This document shows positions 9,957 to 18,931 of a DNA stretch of 64,000 nucleotides, piece by piece. The position numbers and the translations under genes are program-made. Source of the stretch: Pseudomonadota bacterium (lineage in GTDB: Bacteria > Pseudomonadota > Alphaproteobacteria > Acetobacterales > Acetobacteraceae). The notes under the pieces were generated by a model. That model was not told the origin of the DNA, ran no database searches, and worked only from the letters and a program-made list of their open reading frames with translations. Where the stretch lies: positions 21,288 to 85,287 of the forward strand of contig JAJXWD010000002.1 in NCBI GenBank assembly GCA_021781835.1, given 5' to 3'. Every line of letters starts with the position of its first letter. Position 1 is the stretch's first letter.

Positions 9957-10131
9957 AGCCCTGCTCCGCCGGGTGCGCGGCTTTTTGATGGCCGAGGTGA
10001 TGGCGGAGCTGGCGGAGGTGAAGGCGGAACTCCGGCGCCGGGATGCCGCGCTGGAGGCGGTGCTGCTGACGATGGCGCTGACGGCGCCGGCTCAGGCGAG
10101 CCCGAGCAGCGCGGCCAGCGACGAGGCGTAA
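9949..10131 (+). CDS. Small (60 aa) predicted coiled-coil protein
   Basis: GTG at 9949 overlaps the transglutaminase stop. Amphipathic heptads (LMAEVMAELAEVKAELRRRDAALEAVL) with GC-rich codon usage. Alternative ATG at 9988. Confidence 0.45.
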   Translation: MLKALLRRVRGFLMAEVMAELAEVKAELRRRDAALEAVLLTMALTAPAQASPSSAASDEA

Positions 10132-12164
10132 GACGCCATGGAATGTTTGGCGGCGTAGGCTGCGCGCGCCGCGCTGGTTGCTGGCGGGGTGCTGAGCTGG
10201 GCGGCCAGGGCGGCGGCGATCTCGGCGACGTTGTGACTGACGCGGGTGACATAGGCGGGGGCGGCGAGATTATCGGCGAGGTCGGCGGTGGCGACGCTGG
10301 GCAGCCCGGCATTGATGCAGTCTTGCAGGGCGCCTGAGATGTTGCCGGGCGGGCCGGCGCGGAGTTGCAGCGCGCAATCGGCCGCCGAGAGCCAGAGCCG
10401 GTAGGTGGCTTCCGTGCAATAGCCTGTGCCCAGCGTGACATGAGGCGTGAGGCCGTGCGCGGCGGCGTGGGCGGTGAAATCTGCCTCGGCCTGGCCAACG
10501 AAGACCAGTTTGGCATCATGGGTTTGGCGCAGGCGGGCGAAGGCCTGGAGCGCCAGCGGCACCGCCTTGGCCGCGTTGAGAAACCCGCAGGAGATGATGA
10601 GTTTTTGCCTGCCCAGCCCCAATGCCGCGCGGGCCTGGGGCTTGGGCAGGGGCGTGATGGCACGTTGCAGGGCAAAGGGGAGGTGGCGGGCAGCGATGCC
10701 GAAGCGCCGCGCCATCTCGGCAACGGCCTGGCTTGTATGGAAGATGAGCGGGCGGGCGCTGTGCGCCAGAGGGCCCAGAAAGCTCGCGGCCCTGGTGGTT
10801 TCATCCTCCGACCAGGCGAGGATTTCGGAGTCTGAGACAGGGCGGCTCAGCTCGATACTGGCGACCTGGGCGGCCTGGGCCAGGCTTTGGCCGGCGAACA
10901 GCCCGAGCAGGCGCGAATCATGGCAGAGCACGGCGGCCCCGCAGCGCGCCGCGAAGTCATGTGTGCGGGCATGGGCGGGGGAATTGCCGATGATGGCGAG
11001 GGTGGCGTCGAATTTGCCGGTCAGGAAGGGCAGGGGGGTCAAGGTTTCGGGGGCGAAGACCGTGACCTCGGCGTGGGCGCCAAGAGCCTGAAGGAGGGCG
11101 GCGGAATGGTCGGCGATGCCGCTTTGGGCGGGTGGCAGGGGGGCGATGAGGGCGAGGCTGGGCCGCTGGGACCGGCGAGGCTTGGGGCGGAGCGGCGTGA
11201 AGGCGCGGGCGGCGACGGCGGGGGCGGAGAAATCCTGGGTTTTGGGGGCGATGAGGGAGGAGGGATCATCGAGCGCCTGGAGCATGAGGGCGGTGAGGGT
11301 GGCTTCGTTATCGGGGGCGAAGAGATGGGCGGCGGGCAGCAGGGCGCGGTGGGCGGGGATGTCGGACGCGAGGGCGGGGATGCGGGCGGCGATGGCCTCG
11401 GCCACCGGCATGGAAAACCCCTCGGCCCTTGAGGGGGTGATGAGGGCGATGGCTTGGGCGAACAGGGGCGCGAGGTCTGGCACGTGGCCGGGCAGCAGCA
11501 AGGGGTAGGGCAGGTGCAGGGCCTGGGGGCTGGCCAGGGTGCCCGTGATGATGAGCGGGTGGGCGCGCAGGCGCGGATGGGCGGCCCAGGCGCGAATGAG
11601 GGGTTCGGGGTTTTTGCGTGGATCATCGCCGCCCAGCATGAGGAAATGTTTGGGCGCGGCGCGGGTGATGCCGTGCACCCAGGGCGGCAGGGCGATGCCG
11701 GTGACGCGGCTGGGCACGGGGCCGAACAGGGTTTGCAGGCGGGCCTCGGTGGGGGCGGCGTTGGGGAGGAACAGATCATAGCGCCGGAGCCAGACGAGGG
11801 CGGTGAAATAATCGAGCCGGGTGGTGGCGTCGGGCAGGTAGGTTTGCTGGTTATCGAGGGGGATGAAATCATGCACGCAGGCGGCCTTGGTCAGGCGGGG
11901 CGTGGTGAGCAGGCGGGCCAGGAAGGTCTGGTTGGGGCCCATGGGCGAGGGGTTGAGGAAGCACGTGGCGCCGGGAACATAGGCGTGGGGCGAGAGGGTG
12001 GCGGCGAGGCCAGCGTCTTCGGGGCTCAAGGGCGGCAAGGCGGGGTCGATGAGGCCGGTGAAGGGTTCGGGGGCGTGGCGCGCCAGCGCGCGCGCCTGGG
12101 CGCCGATGCCGCGCAGGCGGTAATTGGGGTCTTGCAGGCAGCGCAGATCGATGACCAGAGACAT
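10092..12164 (-). CDS. Two-module GT-B (GT4-like) glycosyltransferase
   Basis: VIDLRCLQ..RGIG, HDFIPL, GGDDPRKN, SRAEGFSMPVAEA (EX7E); second module SGIADHS..QLRAG..ISGAL. Start MSLVID at 12164. Confidence 0.85.
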   Translation of the reverse strand: MSLVIDLRCLQDPNYRLRGIGAQARALARHAPEPFTGLIDPALPPLSPEDAGLAATLSPHAYVPGATCFLNPSPMGPNQTFLARLLTTPRLTKAACVHDFIPLDNQQTYLPDATTRLDYFTALVWLRRYDLFLPNAAPTEARLQTLFGPVPSRVTGIALPPWVHGITRAAPKHFLMLGGDDPRKNPEPLIRAWAAHPRLRAHPLIITGTLASPQALHLPYPLLLPGHVPDLAPLFAQAIALITPSRAEGFSMPVAEAIAARIPALASDIPAHRALLPAAHLFAPDNEATLTALMLQALDDPSSLIAPKTQDFSAPAVAARAFTPLRPKPRRSQRPSLALIAPLPPAQSGIADHSAALLQALGAHAEVTVFAPETLTPLPFLTGKFDATLAIIGNSPAHARTHDFAARCGAAVLCHDSRLLGLFAGQSLAQAAQVASIELSRPVSDSEILAWSEDETTRAASFLGPLAHSARPLIFHTSQAVAEMARRFGIAARHLPFALQRAITPLPKPQARAALGLGRQKLIISCGFLNAAKAVPLALQAFARLRQTHDAKLVFVGQAEADFTAHAAAHGLTPHVTLGTGYCTEATYRLWLSAADCALQLRAGPPGNISGALQDCINAGLPSVATADLADNLAAPAYVTRVSHNVAEIAAALAAQLSTPPATSAARAAYAAKHSMASYASSLAALLGLA

Positions 12165-12223
12165 TGGCGGTTGGGGGCGGATGGTTGTAGAGCCTTTGTA
12201 ATGCAGAATTCTGGTGAACCCCA

Positions 12224-13801
12224 ATGCGCCGTCTGACCGGGTTGCGGCTGAAACTCGACCATTCGGAGGCTGAGCTGAGAGAGGCCATCGCGGCCGGGTT
12301 TGGCGTGACCGAGGGGGAGATCGTCTCCTATCAGGTGCACAGGCGGGCCTGGGATGCGCGCAAGAAAAGCGAGATCACGCTGGTTTATACGATCGACGCG
12401 GAGCTGGCGCGCGAGGTGAGCGCGGGCGAACCGACGCCGGATATGGGCTACCACCCGGTGGCGCGGGCGGTTAAGGCGCCGCCACAGCGCCCGGTGGTGA
12501 TCGGCACCGGGCCGTGCGGAATTTTCGCCGCGCTGATTTTGGCCGAAATGGGGTTCTGTCCGCTGGTGCTCGAGCGAGGCAAGATTGTCCGGGAGCGGAC
12601 CAAGGACACTTGGGGCCTGTGGCGGCGGGGCGAGCTGAACCCCGAATCGAACGTGCAGTTTGGCGAGGGCGGCGCCGGCACGTTTTCGGACGGCAAGCTT
12701 TATTCGCAGATCCGCGACCCGCGCAATTTGAGCCGCAAGGTGTTTACCGAATTTGTCGAGGCCGGGGCGCCGGAGGAAATCCTCTATATCGCCAAGCCCC
12801 ATATCGGCACGTTCCGGCTGGTCTCGATGGTGGAGCAGATGCGCGCCAAGATCGAGGCGCTGGGCGGCGAATACCGGTTTGGCACGCGGGTGGCGGATTT
12901 CGACATCAGGGACGGGCAGATGCGCGCGGTGATCACCGCCGAGGGGGAGCGCATAGAAACCGACCATGTGGTGCTGGCCATTGGCCATTCATCGCGCGAT
13001 ACGTTTGCCGCGCTGCATGAGCGGGGCGTGTTCATGGAGGCCAAGCCCTTTGCGGTGGGATTTCGCATCGAGCATCCGCAATCAATGATCGATGCGCAGA
13101 GATTTGGCCAATATGCCGGGCATAAGCTCTTGGGCGCGGCCGATTACAAGCTGGTGCACCACGCCAGAAACGGGCGGGCGGTGTATTCGTTTTGCATGTG
13201 TCCGGGCGGCACTGTGGTGGCGGCCACCTCGGAGGCGGGCCGGGTGGTGACGAACGGCATGAGCCAATATTCGCGCGCCGAGCGCAACGCCAATTCCGGC
13301 CTGGTGGTGGGCATAACGCCCGGGGATTATCCGGGCGGGGTGCTGGCGGGGGTGGAGTTTCAGCGCCGGCTGGAAAGCCTGGCCTTTGAGGCGGGCGGTG
13401 GCGGCTACCGGGCGCCGGGGCAGCTGGTGGGGGATTTTCTGGCGGGCAGGCCCTCGACGGCGTTTGGCGAGGTTGTGCCCTCCTATAAACCCGGCGTGCA
13501 TTTGACCGATCTGGCGGGCTGCCTGCCGGCTTACGCCATAGAGGCGATGCGCGAGGCGCTGCCGGCCTTTGAGCGCCAGATTAAAGGCTATGCGCGCCCC
13601 GATGCCCTGCTGACCGGCGTGGAGACGCGCACATCGAGCCCGGTGCGGATTACGCGCGGGGGGGATTTTTGCTCGCTCAATGTGCGCGGCCTGTATCCGG
13701 CCGGCGAGGGGGCGGGGTATGCGGGGGGGATTCTCTCGGCGGGGATAGATGGCATTAAAGTGGCCGAGGCGGTGGGGCTTTCTCTCGCCGGGGAAAATTA
13801 A
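12224..13801 (+). CDS. NAD(P)/FAD-dependent oxidoreductase (COG2509-like)
   Basis: IGTGPCG FAD motif, FGEGGAGTFSDGKL, HIGT, FCMCPGG, NGMS, ETRTSSP and GEGAGYAGGI. Confidence 0.9.
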   Translation: MRRLTGLRLKLDHSEAELREAIAAGFGVTEGEIVSYQVHRRAWDARKKSEITLVYTIDAELAREVSAGEPTPDMGYHPVARAVKAPPQRPVVIGTGPCGIFAALILAEMGFCPLVLERGKIVRERTKDTWGLWRRGELNPESNVQFGEGGAGTFSDGKLYSQIRDPRNLSRKVFTEFVEAGAPEEILYIAKPHIGTFRLVSMVEQMRAKIEALGGEYRFGTRVADFDIRDGQMRAVITAEGERIETDHVVLAIGHSSRDTFAALHERGVFMEAKPFAVGFRIEHPQSMIDAQRFGQYAGHKLLGAADYKLVHHARNGRAVYSFCMCPGGTVVAATSEAGRVVTNGMSQYSRAERNANSGLVVGITPGDYPGGVLAGVEFQRRLESLAFEAGGGGYRAPGQLVGDFLAGRPSTAFGEVVPSYKPGVHLTDLAGCLPAYAIEAMREALPAFERQIKGYARPDALLTGVETRTSSPVRITRGGDFCSLNVRGLYPAGEGAGYAGGILSAGIDGIKVAEAVGLSLAGEN

Positions 13802-13808
13802 AAGTATA

Positions 13809-13837
13809 TTTCCTATAGGAAAACCATGCTATGGAAA
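13809..13837. promoter_or_regulatory. Palindromic candidate operator upstream of the Rrf2 gene
   Basis: Perfect 14-bp palindrome TTTCCTATAGGAAA (13809-13822) followed by a second half-site CTATGGAAA. Confidence 0.5.
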
Positions 13838-13872
13838 GCGCCATCTGATCTGCTGCCGGTGGAGCCTGTTTG

Positions 13873-14313
13873 ATGCTGTCGCAAAAATGCAAATACGCGC
13901 TGCAGGCGCTGATGGTGCTGGCCAAGGAAAATAGCGACAAGCTGCTGCTGGTGAGCGAAATCGCCGAGCGGGAAAACCTGCCCAAGAAGTTTCTGGAAGC
14001 CATTTTGCTCGAGCTCAACCGCAACGGCATTGTGCGCTCCAGGCGTGGGCGGGGTGGCGGGTATGCGCTGGCCAAGCCGGCCGATCTCATCACGTTTGGG
14101 CAGGTGGTGCGGATCATGGATGGGGCGCTGGCGCCGCTGGCCTGTGTGAGCGTGAATTATTACCGCCGCTGCGAGGAATGCCGCGATGAGCAGGGCTGTG
14201 ACATCAGGCGCGTGATGCGCCGGGTGCGCGATGCCATTGCCAGCGAGCTGGATGGCACCTCGCTGGCCAAGGCGGTGGCCGAGGGCAAGGCGCTGGCGGC
14301 GCTGAATTTGTAA
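13873..14313 (+). CDS. Rrf2-family transcriptional regulator (IscR/CymR-like, Cys-rich)
   Basis: MLSQKCKYAL, PKKFLEAILLEL, SRRGRGGGY.LAK and LAPLAC-x8-C-x2-C-x5-C. SD GGAG. Confidence 0.9.
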   Translation: MLSQKCKYALQALMVLAKENSDKLLLVSEIAERENLPKKFLEAILLELNRNGIVRSRRGRGGGYALAKPADLITFGQVVRIMDGALAPLACVSVNYYRRCEECRDEQGCDIRRVMRRVRDAIASELDGTSLAKAVAEGKALAALNL

Positions 14314-14387
14314 CCTGACGCCACTAATTTTAATGAAATAATAATAAGTTGGGTGTAACGTGGCGCCTCTCTGGCGGAGGCGGGTTC

Positions 14388-15167
14388 GTGAAACCGTTTG
14401 GGGGTTTGAGTGCTGGGCTGATGCTGGCCGGGCCGGTTTTGGCGGGGCTGATGCTGGCGGGCGGTGCCGCCCAGGCCGCGAGCCCGGACGTGGCCGCTAT
14501 GGAAACCAATTTATACGGCGCGGTGAGCGGGGCTTATGGCGGCTATGCGGCCGGGAGCTTCGGGCGGGGTGGTGTGAGTGGCGCTTATCCCGGGCTGGTG
14601 CTGGGCGGCGGGGTTTTGTGGCCGGCCGCCGGGCATGATGATTATGGCGCGGTGTCTTACCAATTTGGCGCCGGAGAGCTGGGCGTGGCGGGGGGCGGCA
14701 CGGACAAGGCCAGCTTCAACCGGGTGGAGGCACGGCTGGGCATGGGGCTGGAACTGGCCTCGGGCGGTGAAATCATTCCCTATCTGGCTTTTGGGTATCA
14801 ATGCTGGAACCAGGCGGTGCCGGGCGGTGGCGGGGCTGTGTATCAGACCGCGCTGCTGGGTGGCGGCGGCAAGCTGGATCTGCCGCTGGGGCGGGGGGTT
14901 ACGGCCTCGGTGGGGGTGGAGGTGCTGGCCCTGGCCGGTGGAGCCAGCCGCTTGCGCGGGGCGGGTGGCGCGGGCGGCAGCGAAGCCCAGGGCGTGACGC
15001 CGCAGGAGCGGGTGGAGCTGGGGCTGGATGCGCCGGTGGCCGGCCCCGTGCATATGCTGGCCGGGGCTTATCTCGACCATTTCACCTATCTGGGCGGGAG
15101 TTATGAGCCATTTGCCGCCACCACCGAAGGCGGTGTGGATTTCGGGCTGGCTTATAGTTTTTACTGA
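14388..15167 (+). CDS. Putative outer-membrane beta-barrel protein
   Basis: SD GGAGG then GTG; signal peptide ending AAQA; alternating amphipathic strands; aromatic C-terminus LAYSFY. Confidence 0.65.
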   Translation: MKPFGGLSAGLMLAGPVLAGLMLAGGAAQAASPDVAAMETNLYGAVSGAYGGYAAGSFGRGGVSGAYPGLVLGGGVLWPAAGHDDYGAVSYQFGAGELGVAGGGTDKASFNRVEARLGMGLELASGGEIIPYLAFGYQCWNQAVPGGGGAVYQTALLGGGGKLDLPLGRGVTASVGVEVLALAGGASRLRGAGGAGGSEAQGVTPQERVELGLDAPVAGPVHMLAGAYLDHFTYLGGSYEPFAATTEGGVDFGLAYSFY

Positions 15168-15202
15168 CACCCGCCATGCCGGTGCATGGCGGGTGGGCAA
15201 AG

Positions 15203-16597
15203 TCAGCCGGCGACGGCGCGGATGCGCTTCAGGGCCTCGGTTTTACCCAGCGCGATGAGCGTGGCATCGATACCCGGGCTGGTGGTGCTGCCGGTGAGCG
15301 CGGCGCGCAGCGGCTGGGCCACCTGGCCAAGCTTGCGGCCCTCGTCTTCGGCGAAGGCGCGCAATGTGGTGTCGATGGCCAGGGCCGTGAATTCGGTGGC
15401 TTCCAGCTTGGGGGCCAGACGAGCGAGCAGCTCGCGGGCTTCCAGGGTCAGCAGGGCTTCGGCCTTAGGCTCAAAGGGCAGGGGCACTTCACGCGCCAGA
15501 AATGCGGAGGAAATTGCCAATTCATCAAGGGTTTTTGCACGTTCTTTAAGGCCTGGCATGAGGGTGAGCAGGCGTGCCATCGCCTCGGTCGAGACAGTGA
15601 GCCCCGCCTTGCTCAGGCGCTCGACGACATCTTCGCGCAGGCGCGCATCATCGGCCCCGCGCAGCCACATGCCGTTGAGGTGGGTGAGCTTGGCATAATC
15701 CATGCGACTGGCCGCGCGGCCCACGCCTTCGAGGGTGAACAGGCTGACCTGCTCCTCGCGGTTCAGAAATTCGGCATCGCCATGGCCCCAGCCGAGGCGC
15801 AGCAGATAGTTGCACAGCGCCTCGGGCAGGAAGCCCAGCTCGCGGAACTCCAGCACGCTGACCGCGCCGTGGCGCTTGGAGAGCTTGGCGCCGTCTGCCC
15901 CGTGGATGAGCGGGATATGGGCGAAATTCGGCGTTTCCCAGCCCATCGCGTCGTAGATCTGGATCTGGCGGAAGGTGTTGGTGAGGTGGTCATCGCCGCG
16001 GATGACATGGGTGATGCCCATGTCATGGTCATCCACCACCACGGCGTGCAGATAGGTGGGGGTGCCGTCTGAGCGGAGGATGATCATGTCATCCATCTCG
16101 GCGTTTTTCACGCGCACTTCGCCCTGCACCAGATCGTTCAGCACCACCTCGCCCTCGCGCGGGGCCTTGAGGCGGATGGCGGGCTTGATGCCGGCCGGGG
16201 CCTCGGAGGGGGCGCGCTCGCGCCAACGGCCATCGTAGCGGGGCGGGCGCTTTTCGGCCATCGCCTGTTCGCGCATGGCGGTCAGCTCCTCGGGCGTGCA
16301 ATAGCAGCGATAGGCCTTCCCGGCTTCGAGCAGTTGCATCGCCACCTCGACATGGCGGGCTTCGCGGGTGGTTTGATAGACCGGCGGCGCGTCGGCTTTC
16401 AGGCCCAGCCACTCCAGCCCATCGAGGATCACCTGCACGGCCTCTTGCGTGGAGCGGGCGCGGTCTGTGTCTTCGATGCGCAGCAGAAACTCGCCGCCCA
16501 TGTGGCGGGCGAACAAATAATTGAACAGCGCCGTGCGGACGCCGCCAATGTGCAGCAGGCCGGTGGGCGAGGGGGCGAAACGGGTACGGACGGTCAT
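15203..16597 (-). CDS. gltX: Glutamate--tRNA ligase
   Basis: RFAPSPTG.LHIGG, LRIEDTD, CYC, IRGDDH and KLSKR. Confidence 0.97.
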   Translation of the reverse strand: MTVRTRFAPSPTGLLHIGGVRTALFNYLFARHMGGEFLLRIEDTDRARSTQEAVQVILDGLEWLGLKADAPPVYQTTREARHVEVAMQLLEAGKAYRCYCTPEELTAMREQAMAEKRPPRYDGRWRERAPSEAPAGIKPAIRLKAPREGEVVLNDLVQGEVRVKNAEMDDMIILRSDGTPTYLHAVVVDDHDMGITHVIRGDDHLTNTFRQIQIYDAMGWETPNFAHIPLIHGADGAKLSKRHGAVSVLEFRELGFLPEALCNYLLRLGWGHGDAEFLNREEQVSLFTLEGVGRAASRMDYAKLTHLNGMWLRGADDARLREDVVERLSKAGLTVSTEAMARLLTLMPGLKERAKTLDELAISSAFLAREVPLPFEPKAEALLTLEARELLARLAPKLEATEFTALAIDTTLRAFAEDEGRKLGQVAQPLRAALTGSTTSPGIDATLIALGKTEALKRIRAVAG

Positions 16598-16672
16598 GTC
16601 TGCCCCATAAACCTTTGGCCTCGATTGTGCCAGCCGGGGCGAAATGGTTAATGTCGGGGAAACAACTAATGG

Positions 16673-18688
16673 TTGCGTATGGCCGAATGGTTCGCGCGGT
16701 GGGTGGAGGTGGAACGGGGGCGGTTTTTTCCGCTGCTGCCGGTGGCCATGGGCGCGGCCATTTTGGGCTATTTCGCGCTGCCCGCCGAACCGCCTTTATG
16801 GTTGGGGGGGCTGGCGGTGGGTTTGGCCGGCGGGGCGCTGGGGCTGGGATGGCGGCATTTATACGGGCGCTTCGCGGCGGCTTTGCTGCTGGCGGCGGCC
16901 TTGGGGTTCGCGCGGGCGGAATGGCGGACGGCGGCGTTGCCGCTGATGCCGATCATGCCGCCCGGCGTGCTGGCGGTGCAGGGGCGGGTGGCGGGCATTG
17001 TGCGCCTGCCCGGCACGGTGCGGCTGACGCTGGCGGATGCGCGGCTGGATGGCGGGCCGCCCTTGGCGCGCGAGGTGCGCGTGAAACTGCGCCCCAACGA
17101 CCCCGTGCCGCTGGTGGCCGGTGAAACGGTGCGCGGCTATGCGCTGCTGTTTGGCCCCGACCGTCCGGCTTGGCCCGGCGGATGGGACATGGGGCGCGAT
17201 GAGTATTTCGCCAATCTGGCCGCCATGGGGGCGATGGCGGGGGAGGTGAGCGTGGTGGCGCCCGCGCCGCCGGGCGGGCTGGGGGCCTGGTTGCAGACGG
17301 CGCGGGCCGCGATTGCCTCCCGGATTTTGGCCATTTTACCCCCACGCACGGGGGCGGTGGCGGTGACGCTGCTGACGGGCGATGAGCAGGCCATACCGGC
17401 GGTGGAGCGGCTGGATTTCATCGCCGCCGGGCTCGCGCATATTTTGGCCGTGGCCGGGCTGCATGTGGGCATTGTGATGGGGCTGGCCTTTGGGCTTGTG
17501 CGGTTTTTGCTCACCCGCAGCGCGCGCTTGGCGTTGCGCTGGCCGGTGAAGCCGGTGGCGGCGGTGGCGGCGCTGCTGGCGGGCGGGATGTATGCGCTGC
17601 TGACCGGCGCGCATTTGCCGATTTTGCGCAGCCTGGCCATGGCCGGGCTGGTGACGGCGGGAATCATGGCCGGGCGGCGGGCGGGTTCGTTGCGCGGGTT
17701 GGCGATTGCCGCGCTCGCCCTGATGCTGGCGACCCCCGAGACGGTGCTGGGCGCCAGCTTCCAGATGAGCTTTTCGGCCGTGCTGGCGCTGATTTCGGGG
17801 TATGCGGCGGTGGGGCACTGGTTCACGCGGGGGGTGGGGGCTTCGTCTAAATATGGGCGGGTGGGCAGGCATCTGCTCATGCTGGCGCTCACCAGCCTGC
17901 TGGCGGGCGGGGCCTCCATGCCGTTTGCCGCCTACCAGTTCGGACAAATCCAGCCTTACTGGATTCCGGCCAATCTGGCGGCGGTGCCGCTGACGGCGTT
18001 TTGGATCATGCCGCTCGGCCTGCTGGCGCTGGGGCTGATGCCGCTGCATCTGGCCGCCCTGGCGCTGGTGCCCATGGGCTGGGGCATTGGGGCGATGGTC
18101 TGGCTGACGCAAAAAATTGCCGCCTGGCCGGATGCGCTGCTGCATGTGCCCACGCCGCCCGCGAGCGCCATGCTGGCCTATGCGGCGGGGCTGGGGTGGC
18201 TGTGCATATGGCGCGGGCGGGGGCGCTGGCTGGGGATTGGGGGCATGGCCCTGGCGCTGGGGCTGGCGCTTGGCCAGCGGCCGCCGGATGTGCTGATTTC
18301 GGCCGATGCGCGGCTGGTGGCGATCCGCGCGGGGCAGAGCGTGTATGTGGTGGAAAAGCCCCGCGCGAGCCGGTTTGTGCTGGCGCAATGGCAAGGTGTG
18401 TGGGGCGGCGCGGGGCTGACGCCCGCCACCTGCCCGGCCGCCAGCTGCCGGCTGGGGGCGGTGCTCTACACCGAGGTGCCGGTATGCCCACCGGCGGCGG
18501 GGGTGCGGGTGATTGTTTCGCCAGCGCCCCTGCCGCCTTGCCCGGGGGTGGTGGTGCTCGACCGGCGGGGCGCGTTTCGGGCGGGGGCGATGGCGGCCTG
18601 GATTTTGCCCCATGCCATAGAGCTGCGCACGGATGCCGGGGTGCAGGGGCGCCGGCCATGGGTTTTGCCGGTGTTGCCGGCGCAGTAG
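16673..18688 (+). CDS. comEC: ComEC/Rec2 competence protein
   Basis: GLAHILAVAGLHV, PILRS, SFQMSFSAV and ANLAAVP; divergent from gltX. Confidence 0.9.
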   Translation: MRMAEWFARWVEVERGRFFPLLPVAMGAAILGYFALPAEPPLWLGGLAVGLAGGALGLGWRHLYGRFAAALLLAAALGFARAEWRTAALPLMPIMPPGVLAVQGRVAGIVRLPGTVRLTLADARLDGGPPLAREVRVKLRPNDPVPLVAGETVRGYALLFGPDRPAWPGGWDMGRDEYFANLAAMGAMAGEVSVVAPAPPGGLGAWLQTARAAIASRILAILPPRTGAVAVTLLTGDEQAIPAVERLDFIAAGLAHILAVAGLHVGIVMGLAFGLVRFLLTRSARLALRWPVKPVAAVAALLAGGMYALLTGAHLPILRSLAMAGLVTAGIMAGRRAGSLRGLAIAALALMLATPETVLGASFQMSFSAVLALISGYAAVGHWFTRGVGASSKYGRVGRHLLMLALTSLLAGGASMPFAAYQFGQIQPYWIPANLAAVPLTAFWIMPLGLLALGLMPLHLAALALVPMGWGIGAMVWLTQKIAAWPDALLHVPTPPASAMLAYAAGLGWLCIWRGRGRWLGIGGMALALGLALGQRPPDVLISADARLVAIRAGQSVYVVEKPRASRFVLAQWQGVWGGAGLTPATCPAASCRLGAVLYTEVPVCPPAAGVRVIVSPAPLPPCPGVVVLDRRGAFRAGAMAAWILPHAIELRTDAGVQGRRPWVLPVLPAQ

Positions 18689-18828
18689 CGGCGGAAAAAG
18701 CCGGGGAATTTTCGGAGCGTTTCCCGTCTCGCGCAAAGTTGATGAGATTATATCGGAATTTGGACGAAAACGGGCGGGATCTCGAAAAATTGACAGGTGA
18801 AGCCATGGTCTGAAACGATTTTGAAATC

Positions 18829-18834
18829 TATAAT
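18829..18834 (+). promoter_or_regulatory. Candidate -10 element for the WecB/TagA-like gene
   Basis: Perfect TATAAT in an AT-rich spacer. No canonically spaced -35 (the TTGACA at 18790 is too far). Confidence 0.35.
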
Positions 18835-18931
18835 GCCCGATGATGGCGAACGTGAATTCAAAAGGCATGTCGCCCATGTTTTGCCGGCGCGACCGTGATT
18901 CTTCGCTTGGAGGAGAAGGGAGGAGGTTGCC

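Noticed and set aside
18835-18931. Riboswitch in the ~100-nt leader of the WecB-like gene
   Set aside because: No recognisable aptamer core or terminator; an Rfam scan would be needed.
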